A stretch of DNA of 64,000 nt from Candidatus Cloacimonadales bacterium (GCA_963674825.1 OY771587.1:3264001-3328000), one strand, 5' to 3'. Shown: positions 1 to 10,148, numbered from the stretch's first letter. Made by a program: numbers and translations. Notes: a model not told the origin generated them from the sequence alone.

Positions 1-3000
1 CAACAAGTGTACGACTTTCTTCGGAACAAGGGCGAATCCGAGCCACTTGCCATGTGGTATATGAAGAGCATGGTCAAAGAGGCGAAGATTCAGCCAGCGA
101 GCCGAAGCGTGTCACCGAAGGTGTCCATCGTCATCCCATGTCACAACTACGGACAATACCTGCGTGAGTGCGTCGAATCGGTTCTGTGGCAGACGTTTAC
201 CGATTGGGAAATGATCATCATCAACGATGGTAGCACAGACGACACGCATGAGGTTGCACAACAGATTTTAAAGGCCTACCCCGACTATCGCATCCGCTAT
301 CACAGCCAGGAATGCAAGGGGATCGTGCAGCCGCGTAACTACGGTGTCTCCATCTCGCAGGGGCAATACATTCTTGCCTTGGATGCAGACGACCTTTTGG
401 CCCCGACTTTCCTCGAAAAGACGGTCCCAATCCTCGACAGCAGGCCGGAAGTGGCCTACGTGAGTACGAAAGCGCTATTCTTCGGCATCAGTAACAAAAT
501 CTGGCCGCGCTCGCAGTTCAGTCCGTTGAACCTTCCCGTTACCAACCAGCAGACCAACACGACTCTGTTCCGCAGGGCGATGTGGGACGACCTGAGAGGC
601 TGGGACGAGCGGATGTCGGATGGCTATGTCGATTGGGAATTCTGGGTTCGCGGCACCAAGAAAGGCTGGCTCGGCGAGCAGCTCGACGACTGCCTCTTTT
701 TCTATCGCCGAAAGGGCGATTCGACCGTCATGGCCGCCAAAAACAAGGGTGCCAGGCTGAAGCTGAAAATTATGGCGCTCAATCCTGAAATCTATACCAT
801 CGCGAATGCAACCGAGAACGATCCGCGCCTCGAGCGCAAGAACTACATCGATCCATCGTTTATCAGAAAGGATTTTGTCATGCCCGAACGCAAGACAGCA
901 GAAAGCAGGAAGCGCAATTCGATGATCCTGCGAATCGACCCACAGTCGCAGCCGCAACCGCAAAAGAAAAAACCGCGTATCCTCTTCGTATGCCACGATT
1001 TCCCGCCCTACCGCATGGCCGGCGCACAGCTATACGCTATGAATCTCGCGAAGAAGCTCAACGAAGTGGGGGCGGCCGAGGTGGATGTCCTGTACGCAGT
1101 CTGGCGCGATGAAACGCACCGCGATTACTCGATACGAGAGAGCCGGTTCGAGGGGCTGCGTGTCTATGAACTGGGCAAGATGCCGGTCAATGAGCCGATG
1201 AAGATTTTCGACGAGCGCGTAATCCCCGCCGTCCAGGATTTACTACTCAAAAACGAATACAAAGCAATGCACGTCCACGGGTTAGGGCAGATCACGCTGG
1301 CTCCGGCGATGGTTGCCCATAAGCTCGGGATTCCTGTTTATGCTACGCTGCACGATTACTGGCTGCTGTGCGATCACTGGCATATGATCCGCGAGGACCA
1401 GAGCCAGTGCTCTGGCCCGGAATCGGCTGAGAAGTGTGCTCGCTGCCACATTGAAGACTATATCGCCGACCGGCAACCCGGAATCGAGAAGAAAGCGTTT
1501 GAATACCAGCAGTTCCGCCGCGAGATGATGCGGAAACTTTTTACAACCTACAACCGTGTGTTCGCCCCAAGCAGGTATCTTGCTGAGCGCTTCGCAGAAT
1601 TTGGGTTCAAGGGTATCGAAGTAGCGCCCCTCGGCTTTGAATATGGCGATATCAAAACCGCACGGCCAGGCGATGGACTTTTCCATTTTGGTTATACAGG
1701 ACAACTAATACCACGAAAGGGCGTCAATTTTCTCATCGACGCCTTCATGAAGCTTCCTCATGAGCATGCCCGGCTGGATATCTATGGCCCGGTTGAAGCC
1801 AAGTATGCACTCGATCTTCAGGTACGATCCTCGTCCGATTCGCGAATCAAGTTTCACGGTCGCTATCAGCCCGAGCGCCTCGACGCGATTATGCGCACCT
1901 TCGATATTGCAATGGTGCCCTCCCTAATGGAAAATTACCCGTTGGTGGTTCAGGAAGCTTTCTTGAGGAAGACGCCGGTTATCGCCACTTCCGTGGGCGG
2001 TATTCCCGAGGTTGTTGTCGATGGCGAAAACGGATACATGGTCGAGCCGGAATCGGCTGAGTCCATTCTGGACGCGATGCGACGTGCGATCGAGGATCCC
2101 TCCTGCGTGGATCGATTCTCTCGCAATATCAAGCCTGTTCGCAGGTTGATGCAGGATGCGGAACATTACGCGACGGTCTATTCGGGTAATAAGGTAGAGA
2201 AGCCTGTTGTGCAACCACCGAAGAAGCTGTGCGTCCAGTTTTACATCGAGAAAAACGTGCATCTTCCCATGTTCCGGACGCTGATGGATTACCTTCGAGG
2301 CAAGGAGGAAGTTGAGCAGATCGTGATTTGCATTCCCGATTTCCTCAAGCTTACTTCCACTGATGGAAGATACCAGAATCTGGAAGATATCCTCGCCTAT
2401 CCAGCTACATTCACCAACGATCCCCGTGCGATCCCGGTCGATGTCACGTTCATCGCGGATGCGATCGCGGGTAAAGTAGCCGGTGCGGGAAAAATCGTTA
2501 ACATCGGACACGGCACGATCTCCAAGGGTATCTACTTCAGCGACAGTGTCTGGCTTGAGCGACAGAATTGGGCTGACCTGCTCTGTGTGCCGGGTGAGTA
2601 CGCCCTGAAAGAGGTAGAGAAAGCGCTCGACACACGCGTTGTCGCCACCGGTATGCCCAAGCTCGATCCAGTTTTCTCTGGCAGCATCGATACGCAGGCA
2701 GTTCGTCGGGAACTGAACATTCCACACAGCAAGAAGATTGTCCTCTATGCGCCGACCTTCAATCTCGACCTGAGCAGCCTCTACGATTTTGTGGATCGAT
2801 TCCACGAACTGCGGTCGGACGAGTACGATATCGTTATAAAGCTGCACGGTTCAACGCCGGGTTCCTATTCCATGCAGTATCATCGTATTGCCGAACAAAC
2901 TCCCGGGATTCATTTCTATACCGGAGATGACCTCGCACCGCTCCTGGCGCTATCCGATGTGATGATCTCCGATGTCTCATCTGCCTGGATGGAATTCATG

Positions 3001-5724
3001 GCACTTGATAAGCCGGTGATCCTCTACAGTAATCCCAATGCCTCTCGTTACCACGGCTATGACCGAAACAATATCGAGTGGGCATGGCGCGATCTGGGTA
3101 GTGAAGTGACCAGCTTCGATGAATTGAAACGGCTCCTTCCGGCAATTGTCCGCTCTGGTGATGGCAAGTCCACGATTCGCATGAACTACGCCCGGTTGCT
3201 TTTCGCTGATGTAAGCGGCAAGGCATGCGAAAATGTTTGGAACGCTACGAAGGATGTACTATCTGCTCCTGAACGGGCCAAGCCACCCATTGTGACGCTG
3301 GTTCTGCGATGCGATCGTGAGAATCTGGCGATCCGAAGGGATCAACTTCAGCAGGTTCTAACGCATTCGGTGATGGCAATGCGCCTGTTGATCGTAAGCG
3401 ATGATAGATCACCCGAACTCTCCGAATGGGTGAGTGCGCTGGAACGGGATGGGCGTTTCGTGGATGTGAAGCGATGCCAACGCGATCCCGAAACGCTGGA
3501 TGACGGGCTCTATATATGGATAACCGATGATGCGGAGATTTTTAAGGACTTCGATTATTTCCTGTACCTTACTTTCAAGTCGAATCCGGGTGTGTCGGTG
3601 CTTACCACATGCTCAAACATTGCTGATCGTGGTGGAAGCATCCCAGCTGACATACTTCTGGAGCATCAAACTGACCCGTCCCGATTCGCATTCGATTTCA
3701 TCTATCGTTACAAGGGCAAAGCCGTCGTTCCGTGCGGCGCATCTGATCCCGCTGTGTTGGCGATTGACGCAACCAGGATTCAGGGCAGATATTCTGATAC
3801 TGTGCGTGAGCTTATTCAGAGCGGCATGCTGCCCTGCGCGCTTTCGGTGTATGCGAATATCAATGACGAGCGGATCAAGCCGATGGTCTGGAATTACCTC
3901 TTCCAAAAGGATCGGATGCCAGCTAAGCAACGATATGAATTGGGCATGGGAATCCTGGATTCCATCCACCTTTCCAGCGTTGCGCTGGTAGTGCTGGAAA
4001 CCGCGGTGGAACTGGGTGCTTTTGAGGCACTCGGAAGGCTGCTTTCAATTATCTATCGTGTACGGGCAAACGATCTTGAGCTGCATCGTCACCTGATGAA
4101 GCTCTTCGAGAACCAACCGCAGTTACAGACATTCATCAGGCAGGGGATGCGTATCGCCGAGAAGCTTTCTGAACGAACCGAAGTCACAGAGCAGAAGAAA
4201 CATCGCGCAATGTTCTACTTCTTCAAGAACGTCCATGTGCCGATTCTGATGCAACTCTACCGGAAATTTACCGCAATGGCTCCCAATTGGGATGTGGCGT
4301 TTTCATTCATGCCGTGGGCTCCGCAAATTCGGGCCGGGTTCACGCCGCAACAGATCGAAGCGCTCGACCTGCCGAATGTTACTATCACACGTACACCGCA
4401 GGAGTTCTTGCCAGATATCACTTTTATCGCCGATTCGGCCTATCCGTGGGTGCAGAACTGCGGCAAGCTGGTTCATGTGGGGCACGGCGTGCTTTCCAAG
4501 GGACAATATTATACCAATACCGATATCGCCCGTCGTGACGATGCCGCCGCGCTGGTATGTGTGCCGGGGTCAATCCACAAACAGAATCTTCAGGGCGTTT
4601 TGCGCACCCGGGTTGACGTGACCGGTATGGCCAAGCTCGATCCGTTGTTCTCCGGTGAGATCAGTCGCGAGAAGGCAGCCGCGCAGCTCCGAGTTTCTGC
4701 CGAGGGCCGGTATATTCTCTTTGCACCGACATTCAACGACGAACTTTCCGCGATTCCGTTCGTGCAGGATCGCATCGTCGAAGTGCTGCCGGTGGGCTAT
4801 TCGCTTCTGATTAAGCTGCACGGAAGCGCGAAGCAGGAATACGTACAGATGTACGCTGCACTCGCACGGCGCAATGCCAACGTTCACCTGATCGACGACC
4901 TCACCACCGGTATGGTGCTTGCAGACGTGATGATCTCCGATGTCTCTTCGGCGATGATGGAGTTTGCCGCGCTGGACAAGCCTGTAGTGCTTTTCGACAA
5001 TCCCAGTTGGCGTCAATACGCGAATTTCAATCCGAACGATATCGATTTTCGCTGGCGTGACATCGGTATCCGGGTGCGAAATCTCGAGGAAATGCGCATT
5101 GCGGTGGAGCGTTCGTTGCGTTACCCGGATGAATTTGCGGACAAGCGCAAACTCTACACCGATCAACTGTTTGCCAATAAATACGATGGCAAGGCCTCCG
5201 AGCGGATCGTTGCCTCAGCGATGTCGCTGATGGGGGAGAGGCCCGTTGTGGTGGAAACGGAAGAGGTTGTTGAAGACTCAGGCGTGGTGTTTACCTATGT
5301 TGGGGATTTCTCGAAAGAGCGTGGTGTTCATGTGCTCCTGGATGCTTTTTCAAAGCTGCCGCAGGAGGGTTGGACGCTGAAACTGTATGGCAATCCTGCT
5401 ACTGCCTGGGATATAGCTGAATTTAATGCGATGATGAGCCGGATCAAGCCGGTGCGCATAGCGAAGGATTCACAAGCGCTCAATGGTAGTGATGTCATGG
5501 TTCTTCCATCACGGGATGTTCTGACTCAGTCATTGAAGGCTGGCGTTCCCGCCATCGTGGCGGATGCTGATGGCGTGCGTGATCATATCCGTGATCGGCT
5601 GGAAGGCTTTGTAATTCCATCCGGTGACGCCGAAGCGCTGCACCGAACGGTGAAAATCCTGGTCGGCAATCCGAAAATGATCCAGACGATGAAAGAGAGC
5701 GTTCGCGCCAATCACAGTTCTTAG
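1..5724 (+). CDS. Giant multi-domain glycosyltransferase (GT2 + GT4 + two CDP-glycerol glycerophosphotransferase/TagF-like modules + partial GT-B domain); probably 5'-truncated by the window edge
   Basis: Frame is open from base 1. GT2 motifs VSIVIPCHN/DDGSTD-like/LDADD; GT4 motifs LHDYW, RKGV, ENYPLVVQEA; two modules with GHGxxSKG, TGMxKLDP, YAPTFN/FAPTFN, IKLHG, DVMISDVSS. Confidence 0.85.
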   Translation, partial: QQVYDFLRNKGESEPLAMWYMKSMVKEAKIQPASRSVSPKVSIVIPCHNYGQYLRECVESVLWQTFTDWEMIIINDGSTDDTHEVAQQILKAYPDYRIRYHSQECKGIVQPRNYGVSISQGQYILALDADDLLAPTFLEKTVPILDSRPEVAYVSTKALFFGISNKIWPRSQFSPLNLPVTNQQTNTTLFRRAMWDDLRGWDERMSDGYVDWEFWVRGTKKGWLGEQLDDCLFFYRRKGDSTVMAAKNKGARLKLKIMALNPEIYTIANATENDPRLERKNYIDPSFIRKDFVMPERKTAESRKRNSMILRIDPQSQPQPQKKKPRILFVCHDFPPYRMAGAQLYAMNLAKKLNEVGAAEVDVLYAVWRDETHRDYSIRESRFEGLRVYELGKMPVNEPMKIFDERVIPAVQDLLLKNEYKAMHVHGLGQITLAPAMVAHKLGIPVYATLHDYWLLCDHWHMIREDQSQCSGPESAEKCARCHIEDYIADRQPGIEKKAFEYQQFRREMMRKLFTTYNRVFAPSRYLAERFAEFGFKGIEVAPLGFEYGDIKTARPGDGLFHFGYTGQLIPRKGVNFLIDAFMKLPHEHARLDIYGPVEAKYALDLQVRSSSDSRIKFHGRYQPERLDAIMRTFDIAMVPSLMENYPLVVQEAFLRKTPVIATSVGGIPEVVVDGENGYMVEPESAESILDAMRRAIEDPSCVDRFSRNIKPVRRLMQDAEHYATVYSGNKVEKPVVQPPKKLCVQFYIEKNVHLPMFRTLMDYLRGKEEVEQIVICIPDFLKLTSTDGRYQNLEDILAYPATFTNDPRAIPVDVTFIADAIAGKVAGAGKIVNIGHGTISKGIYFSDSVWLERQNWADLLCVPGEYALKEVEKALDTRVVATGMPKLDPVFSGSIDTQAVRRELNIPHSKKIVLYAPTFNLDLSSLYDFVDRFHELRSDEYDIVIKLHGSTPGSYSMQYHRIAEQTPGIHFYTGDDLAPLLALSDVMISDVSSAWMEFMALDKPVILYSNPNASRYHGYDRNNIEWAWRDLGSEVTSFDELKRLLPAIVRSGDGKSTIRMNYARLLFADVSGKACENVWNATKDVLSAPERAKPPIVTLVLRCDRENLAIRRDQLQQVLTHSVMAMRLLIVSDDRSPELSEWVSALERDGRFVDVKRCQRDPETLDDGLYIWITDDAEIFKDFDYFLYLTFKSNPGVSVLTTCSNIADRGGSIPADILLEHQTDPSRFAFDFIYRYKGKAVVPCGASDPAVLAIDATRIQGRYSDTVRELIQSGMLPCALSVYANINDERIKPMVWNYLFQKDRMPAKQRYELGMGILDSIHLSSVALVVLETAVELGAFEALGRLLSIIYRVRANDLELHRHLMKLFENQPQLQTFIRQGMRIAEKLSERTEVTEQKKHRAMFYFFKNVHVPILMQLYRKFTAMAPNWDVAFSFMPWAPQIRAGFTPQQIEALDLPNVTITRTPQEFLPDITFIADSAYPWVQNCGKLVHVGHGVLSKGQYYTNTDIARRDDAAALVCVPGSIHKQNLQGVLRTRVDVTGMAKLDPLFSGEISREKAAAQLRVSAEGRYILFAPTFNDELSAIPFVQDRIVEVLPVGYSLLIKLHGSAKQEYVQMYAALARRNANVHLIDDLTTGMVLADVMISDVSSAMMEFAALDKPVVLFDNPSWRQYANFNPNDIDFRWRDIGIRVRNLEEMRIAVERSLRYPDEFADKRKLYTDQLFANKYDGKASERIVASAMSLMGERPVVVETEEVVEDSGVVFTYVGDFSKERGVHVLLDAFSKLPQEGWTLKLYGNPATAWDIAEFNAMMSRIKPVRIAKDSQALNGSDVMVLPSRDVLTQSLKAGVPAIVADADGVRDHIRDRLEGFVIPSGDAEALHRTVKILVGNPKMIQTMKESVRANHSS

Positions 5725-6371
5725 TTCAGGCTACTCCGCAGGAGGCTTTCGATCGCGTTTTGCAGCATCTGCCGATAGGGTGGAGGTGTAAAGCTCATCT
5801 CAAGCATGGTCATTGCCTGCTGCTGCTTCAATGTGTGGTGCGTCATGGAGTAAAGACCGCTGGCAACAGCGATCGACGCAAGATAGAAGGTATGCGCAGC
5901 ACCCTCGTCGCGAAAGCTGAAACAGCTCTCCAGTAGTTCAGCGTGTTGCTCCATGATCTGGTGGACCGTCTTCTTGAATTCCACCAGCTTTTCGATGGAT
6001 GCATGCTTCTCCAGCAGGGTGAACGGAAGTGCAACGAGGCGCAGCAACCGGTTGTGTTGCAGTAGTATATCCACCCAGAAACGCGCGTAGTTATCTGGTT
6101 CACAGGGCTTCTGCTGATCGAAATGGTATTCAATATCCTGCCACCATTTCACGATTTCCACCTGCATCAAATGCAGATACAATTCGTCTTTGTTCTGGAA
6201 ATACAAGTAAAGATTTGAGCGTGTAAATCCAGCTTCTTTAGCTACTTGGGCTAATGTGATGTCTTCATAGAGCATTTCGTCGAATAGGGTTCCCGCAGCT
6301 TCGAGTGCTGTGTCAATCCTCTCTTGTTTCTGCAGGTCGCTGCGAGCTCTCTGCCATTTTTCTTTCGTCAT
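5721..6371 (-). CDS. TetR/AcrR-family transcriptional regulator
   Basis: N-terminal HTH ITLAQVAKEAGFTRSNLYLYFQNKDEL; start placed at ATG 6371 after a GAAGGA RBS. Confidence 0.9.
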   Translation of the reverse strand: MTKEKWQRARSDLQKQERIDTALEAAGTLFDEMLYEDITLAQVAKEAGFTRSNLYLYFQNKDELYLHLMQVEIVKWWQDIEYHFDQQKPCEPDNYARFWVDILLQHNRLLRLVALPFTLLEKHASIEKLVEFKKTVHQIMEQHAELLESCFSFRDEGAAHTFYLASIAVASGLYSMTHHTLKQQQAMTMLEMSFTPPPYRQMLQNAIESLLRSSLN

Positions 6372-6469
6372 GATGCGTTTTCCTTCGTTGTTTGAAGATA
6401 CCATGTCATATATTGTCATGGCATATATCTATTTTTCTGTGACCAGAGATCATTATAACAGACACAGTG

Positions 6470-7510
6470 TCATGCTTTGATTAGCTGATAAATCGGATCT
6501 CCAAGGCCGATTTTTTGCGCGTAGGGGAATTGCTTTGACCCACGGAACTTCTTACCACGCTGTGCTACGATGTCGTGGCATGCCTTGTCGATGGAGACCG
6601 GATCTGTCGAAACGAAAATGCCGATGTCTTCCATGAGAAGCTTCATATTGCGCGGTTCGCAGTCGCAACCGGCGGTAATGTTCATCGCGAAGTTGATGTA
6701 GATGTTGCGCTTGCCTTTCTGCCCGGCGTATGCGTATTCAACCAGCTTCTCCTGAAAGTTGTTGCCGATTCCGATGAAGCTCATGGCCGATTTCAGGGAT
6801 ATGATCGATACTGCATTATGAGGGCAAATCGACACGCAAGCTCCGCATCCGACGCACTTCTCAAGATCGATATAACTCTTTTCGCCAATCGTTATAGCAG
6901 ATTCGTTACAGCGCGTGAGGCAAAGTTTACAGCGTTTGCACTTGCGGTTAACGATATGCGGCTTGGTACCTAAGTGCATTGCCATCTTACCACCCTTGGA
7001 TGCGTGGCCCATGGAGAGCTGCTTAATTGCTCCGCCAAACCCAGCCAACCGGTGGCCCTTGAAATGCGATATGACGATCAATTGCTTGTATTTAGAGAAT
7101 TCGCTGCCGATCTTGCAGGTCTTGAACTGTTTCTTGTCGATCTCGATCTCGTCGAATGCCTCGCCCTGATCGCCATCGGCGATAACGATAGGAAGTTGTG
7201 TGAAGCCGTGTTCGGTGGCCGTCTTGATGTGCAGATCCTTGCGGTGTCGCTGTCCGCCGTACATGACGCTCGTTTCGATGTAACACGTATCGATGTTTCG
7301 CTCCTGAAGAAAAGAAATGATTCCCACGTAGTTCTCTGAGCGGAGAAAAGTATGGTTTCCCTTCTCACCGAAGTGGACCTTCAGCGGAATGCTTTGCTCC
7401 AACTCGATGCCTTCCTCTTGGATGATTGTCTCCAGCAATTCTTTTGAAATCTGCTGAATCTCCTCAACGGAGGTGCTGGAATTGACCTCTCTGTAATAGA
7501 CATTCGCCAT
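6470..7510 (-). CDS. DUF362-domain Fe-S protein with 2x[4Fe-4S] ferredoxin domain
   Basis: KVHFGEKGN, SHFKGH and GGAIKQLSMG motifs plus CxxCxxCxxxC twice; GGAGG RBS before ATG 7510. Confidence 0.85.
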   Translation of the reverse strand: MANVYYREVNSSTSVEEIQQISKELLETIIQEEGIELEQSIPLKVHFGEKGNHTFLRSENYVGIISFLQERNIDTCYIETSVMYGGQRHRKDLHIKTATEHGFTQLPIVIADGDQGEAFDEIEIDKKQFKTCKIGSEFSKYKQLIVISHFKGHRLAGFGGAIKQLSMGHASKGGKMAMHLGTKPHIVNRKCKRCKLCLTRCNESAITIGEKSYIDLEKCVGCGACVSICPHNAVSIISLKSAMSFIGIGNNFQEKLVEYAYAGQKGKRNIYINFAMNITAGCDCEPRNMKLLMEDIGIFVSTDPVSIDKACHDIVAQRGKKFRGSKQFPYAQKIGLGDPIYQLIKA

Positions 7511-7663
7511 CGTTACCTCCATATGTAAGTGACGTGATGTCTCTAATTAAAAGACGTGGTGTCAGTTGTCAAGACAAATCTTCTGGATTCACTTTGAGTT
7601 TCATTTATGACAAATAGGTTGACAAAATATGACATATGGGGCAAATGGGATGCGGAGGCTGAC

Positions 7664-8140
7664 ATGAATGACGAAATGATGAGCATCGAACAGACAGCAA
7701 ACATGCTGAGCGTACATACGCGAACCATTCGGCGCTACCTCAAGAGCGGTACGTTGAAGGGTGTCAAGATTGGCGGGAAATGGCACATTCGTCGTGACGA
7801 TATCGTGAAAATGCTGAATCGAAGCGACGTATCTGAGGAGCTGGAATCGACCTGGAATTCACAGGCTGTCGATTTCATCCAGGGAGCGCCGGCACCGATC
7901 GGAAGCCGGTTCCGCGTATGCGCGATCACTGATTGCGATTTCCACAGCGATGAAGAAGCCGCTACGGTGTCGTCGCAGTTACTGGGGGTTATCAATAGTC
8001 GCGATAGCGCTACTTCGGAAGCGCGGTTCCAGTACAACTATCACAAAGAAGCAAAGCAAGGCCGTTTTATCCTGTGGGGAGATCCCGAATTCATCCGGCA
8101 ATGCATGCAGATACTTGAGAAGAAAGGAGAAGAGAAATGA
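7664..8140 (+). CDS. Excisionase/MerR-like (HTH_17) DNA-binding protein with C-terminal extension
   Basis: MMSIEQTANMLSVHTRTIRRYLKSGTLKGVKIGGKWHI; GGAGG RBS before ATG 7664. Confidence 0.85.
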   Translation: MNDEMMSIEQTANMLSVHTRTIRRYLKSGTLKGVKIGGKWHIRRDDIVKMLNRSDVSEELESTWNSQAVDFIQGAPAPIGSRFRVCAITDCDFHSDEEAATVSSQLLGVINSRDSATSEARFQYNYHKEAKQGRFILWGDPEFIRQCMQILEKKGEEK

Positions 8141-8964
8141 GAAACATCATCGTATTGATACTGGTGTTGGCGTTCGCGGGATGTGCGTCGCAGACGGAAA
8201 AGCAAATTAAGCACTTGCAGAAACTTACAGAAATAACCGAGATCTGGCAAACAGCGAAGGAAATTCACCCGGCGTGGGCGAAGCTTTATCCCGTGTGTTT
8301 GATAGATGGAAAGAAATACACCTTGTATACACCGGATGAAAACGGTGAATGGAAACTGACTGGTGCCGGCATCTATCCGAATCCCCTTCCCAAGGGCATT
8401 AAGGCCGCATTTCGGATCCCAGTGAACAATTACGAGATGGCTTGTGTGCTGGACACTAACAGCTTCTCAACAAAAGAAGATATGACGATTGTGTTCCATG
8501 AGTTCGTACACTGTTATCAAGCCTATAGCTGTGAAGAAGATATCAAGTCTGGTCTGAAGGTTGCACAAGAGAATCAGGACACTGGCGGCATGTGGGAACT
8601 TCAGTACCCCTTTCCTTACGATAACGAGCTTGTCGGTAAGACTTACATCGAGATGACTGAAGCCGCCAAAAGAGGGGACCGTGACGAAGTTGTGAGATTG
8701 CGCAGAATAATCCAGCAAAACGTGTCGGAGCAGGATTGGGAATATATGTGCTGGCAGGAATTCAAGGAAGGCACCGCACGATGGCTGCAAAATGTTCTTA
8801 GCGAGCGTCTTGGTGCAAAACCTGCTACATCAGGCCATTCACTGCCGATCAATCGCGTGATTTTCTACGAAGGCGGCGAGATGATTATCCGGCTTCTGAC
8901 GAAGGATAACGAATCGATTGGGGAGGACTTCCCTGGCTTGTGGCAGGAGATTTACCGGCTCTGA
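8137..8964 (+). CDS. Lipoprotein, putative gluzincin-type metallopeptidase
   Basis: Lipobox LAFAGC; HEFVH zinc motif with downstream EG motif (EFKEGTA); ATGA overlap with the upstream gene. Confidence 0.6.
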   Translation: MRNIIVLILVLAFAGCASQTEKQIKHLQKLTEITEIWQTAKEIHPAWAKLYPVCLIDGKKYTLYTPDENGEWKLTGAGIYPNPLPKGIKAAFRIPVNNYEMACVLDTNSFSTKEDMTIVFHEFVHCYQAYSCEEDIKSGLKVAQENQDTGGMWELQYPFPYDNELVGKTYIEMTEAAKRGDRDEVVRLRRIIQQNVSEQDWEYMCWQEFKEGTARWLQNVLSERLGAKPATSGHSLPINRVIFYEGGEMIIRLLTKDNESIGEDFPGLWQEIYRL

Positions 8965-9824
8965 AGTAGCGCTTGAATCTCTTGTGGCGAGTACTCGTAT
9001 TGCTGATCGCAGAAGTGGCATTGCGCAACAACCGGTTCGCCTTTCTCGATCAGCTCTTCGAGCTCTTTACGCCCGAGTGTGAGAAGCGCGCCGAGATATT
9101 TCTCGCGGTTGCAGCCGCAGTTGTAGCGTATGGAAACGCTGTCCAGAAATTGCGGTCTCATGTCCTTCAAAATGTAATTCGACATGATTGATTGAACGTC
9201 GATCCCCATATCGAGGACGTCGGTGAAGTTCGGGAAGTGATTGAGATTTTCTTCCAGCTTCGCGACAATATCTTCTTCTGCGTCTGGCATCAGCTGTACG
9301 ATGAATCCACCAGCACGCCGTATCGATCCATCCGCATCCAGTAGCACGCCTACGCCTACAGCCGTTCGAACCTGCTCGCTCTGTAAGAAGAAATAGGCCA
9401 GGTCGTCTCCGATCTCACCACTGATAAGCTCCACTTCACCGCTATATGAGCGTTCCATTCCTATATCGCGGATAATTCGCAATGCTCCGCTACCAATCGC
9501 GGCAGGGACGTTGATTCCGCGAGCCGTGGGAGGAACCTCGGCTGTTGGATTGTGCACGTAGCCTTTTACATCTCCATTCTTGCCAGCGATAGCCAGCGCA
9601 CCGCCGATGGGGCCGTCCCCATCCACGCGCAGGGTGACCGAATCCGTTTCGCCTTTCAGGTCGATCCCGAGCATGATTGCTGCTGATAAGACCTTTCCGA
9701 AAAGCACTCTTGCTGTTATCGAAAGTTTGTGAATCTCGCTTGCCTGGCGCACGGTCTGGGTGGCGTCGATTGCGAAGAAGCGAATCTGCTTGCTGCTGTC
9801 TGTTCCACGAACTGCTTTATCCAT
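8952..9824 (-). CDS. hslO: Hsp33 redox-regulated chaperone
   Basis: GDGPIG, SGEIGDDLAYFFLQSEQ, CGC...CHFC zinc motif. Confidence 0.95.
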   Translation of the reverse strand: MDKAVRGTDSSKQIRFFAIDATQTVRQASEIHKLSITARVLFGKVLSAAIMLGIDLKGETDSVTLRVDGDGPIGGALAIAGKNGDVKGYVHNPTAEVPPTARGINVPAAIGSGALRIIRDIGMERSYSGEVELISGEIGDDLAYFFLQSEQVRTAVGVGVLLDADGSIRRAGGFIVQLMPDAEEDIVAKLEENLNHFPNFTDVLDMGIDVQSIMSNYILKDMRPQFLDSVSIRYNCGCNREKYLGALLTLGRKELEELIEKGEPVVAQCHFCDQQYEYSPQEIQALLQSR

Positions 9825-9892
9825 AATTACCTAAGCTCCTTGTGGCAATGGAAAGATTGCGGATGAAATCTGTAAAGGAATAAGAGCTGAAA

Positions 9893-9942
9893 AAAACTGA
9901 AAAAAATGCATTGACAGGAAAACGCCCATTCTTAGTTATGTT
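9893..9942 (+). promoter_or_regulatory. Probable sigma70 promoter of the tRNA-Asp pair
   Basis: Perfect TTGACA at 9911-9916 preceded by A-tracts (UP-like); -10 element not clear. Confidence 0.5.
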
Positions 9943-9961
9943 CCCACGTTGAACGCAATGC

Positions 9962-10038
9962 GGGGGCGTAGTTCAGTTGGTTAGAACGCCTGCCTGTCAC
10001 GCAGGAGGTCGCGAGTTCGAGTCCCGTCGCTCCCGCCA
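9962..10038 (+). tRNA. tRNA-Asp(GTC), copy 1
   Basis: Cloverleaf with acceptor GGGGGCG/CGCTCCC, anticodon arm CCTGC-CTGTCAC-GCAGG, GTTCGA T loop and encoded CCA. Confidence 0.97.
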
Positions 10039-10071
10039 CTTTTTCCAACGCATTGTGTTCGATGTCTACGC

Positions 10072-10148
10072 GGGGGCGTAGTTCAGTTGGTTAGAACGCC
10101 TGCCTGTCACGCAGGAGGTCGCGAGTTCGAGTCCCGTCGCTCCCGCCA
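10072..10148 (+). tRNA. tRNA-Asp(GTC), copy 2 (identical)
   Basis: Identical 77-nt sequence 110 bp downstream of copy 1. Confidence 0.97.

Noticed and set aside
7664..8140. Prophage or ICE excisionase marking an integrated element
   Set aside because: No integrase, att repeat or phage gene nearby; the protein fits a stand-alone regulator.
8006..8974. Shared 11-mer AGCGCTACTTC in inverted orientation in the HTH gene and at the hslO end
   Set aside because: Too short, inside coding sequence and compatible with chance.
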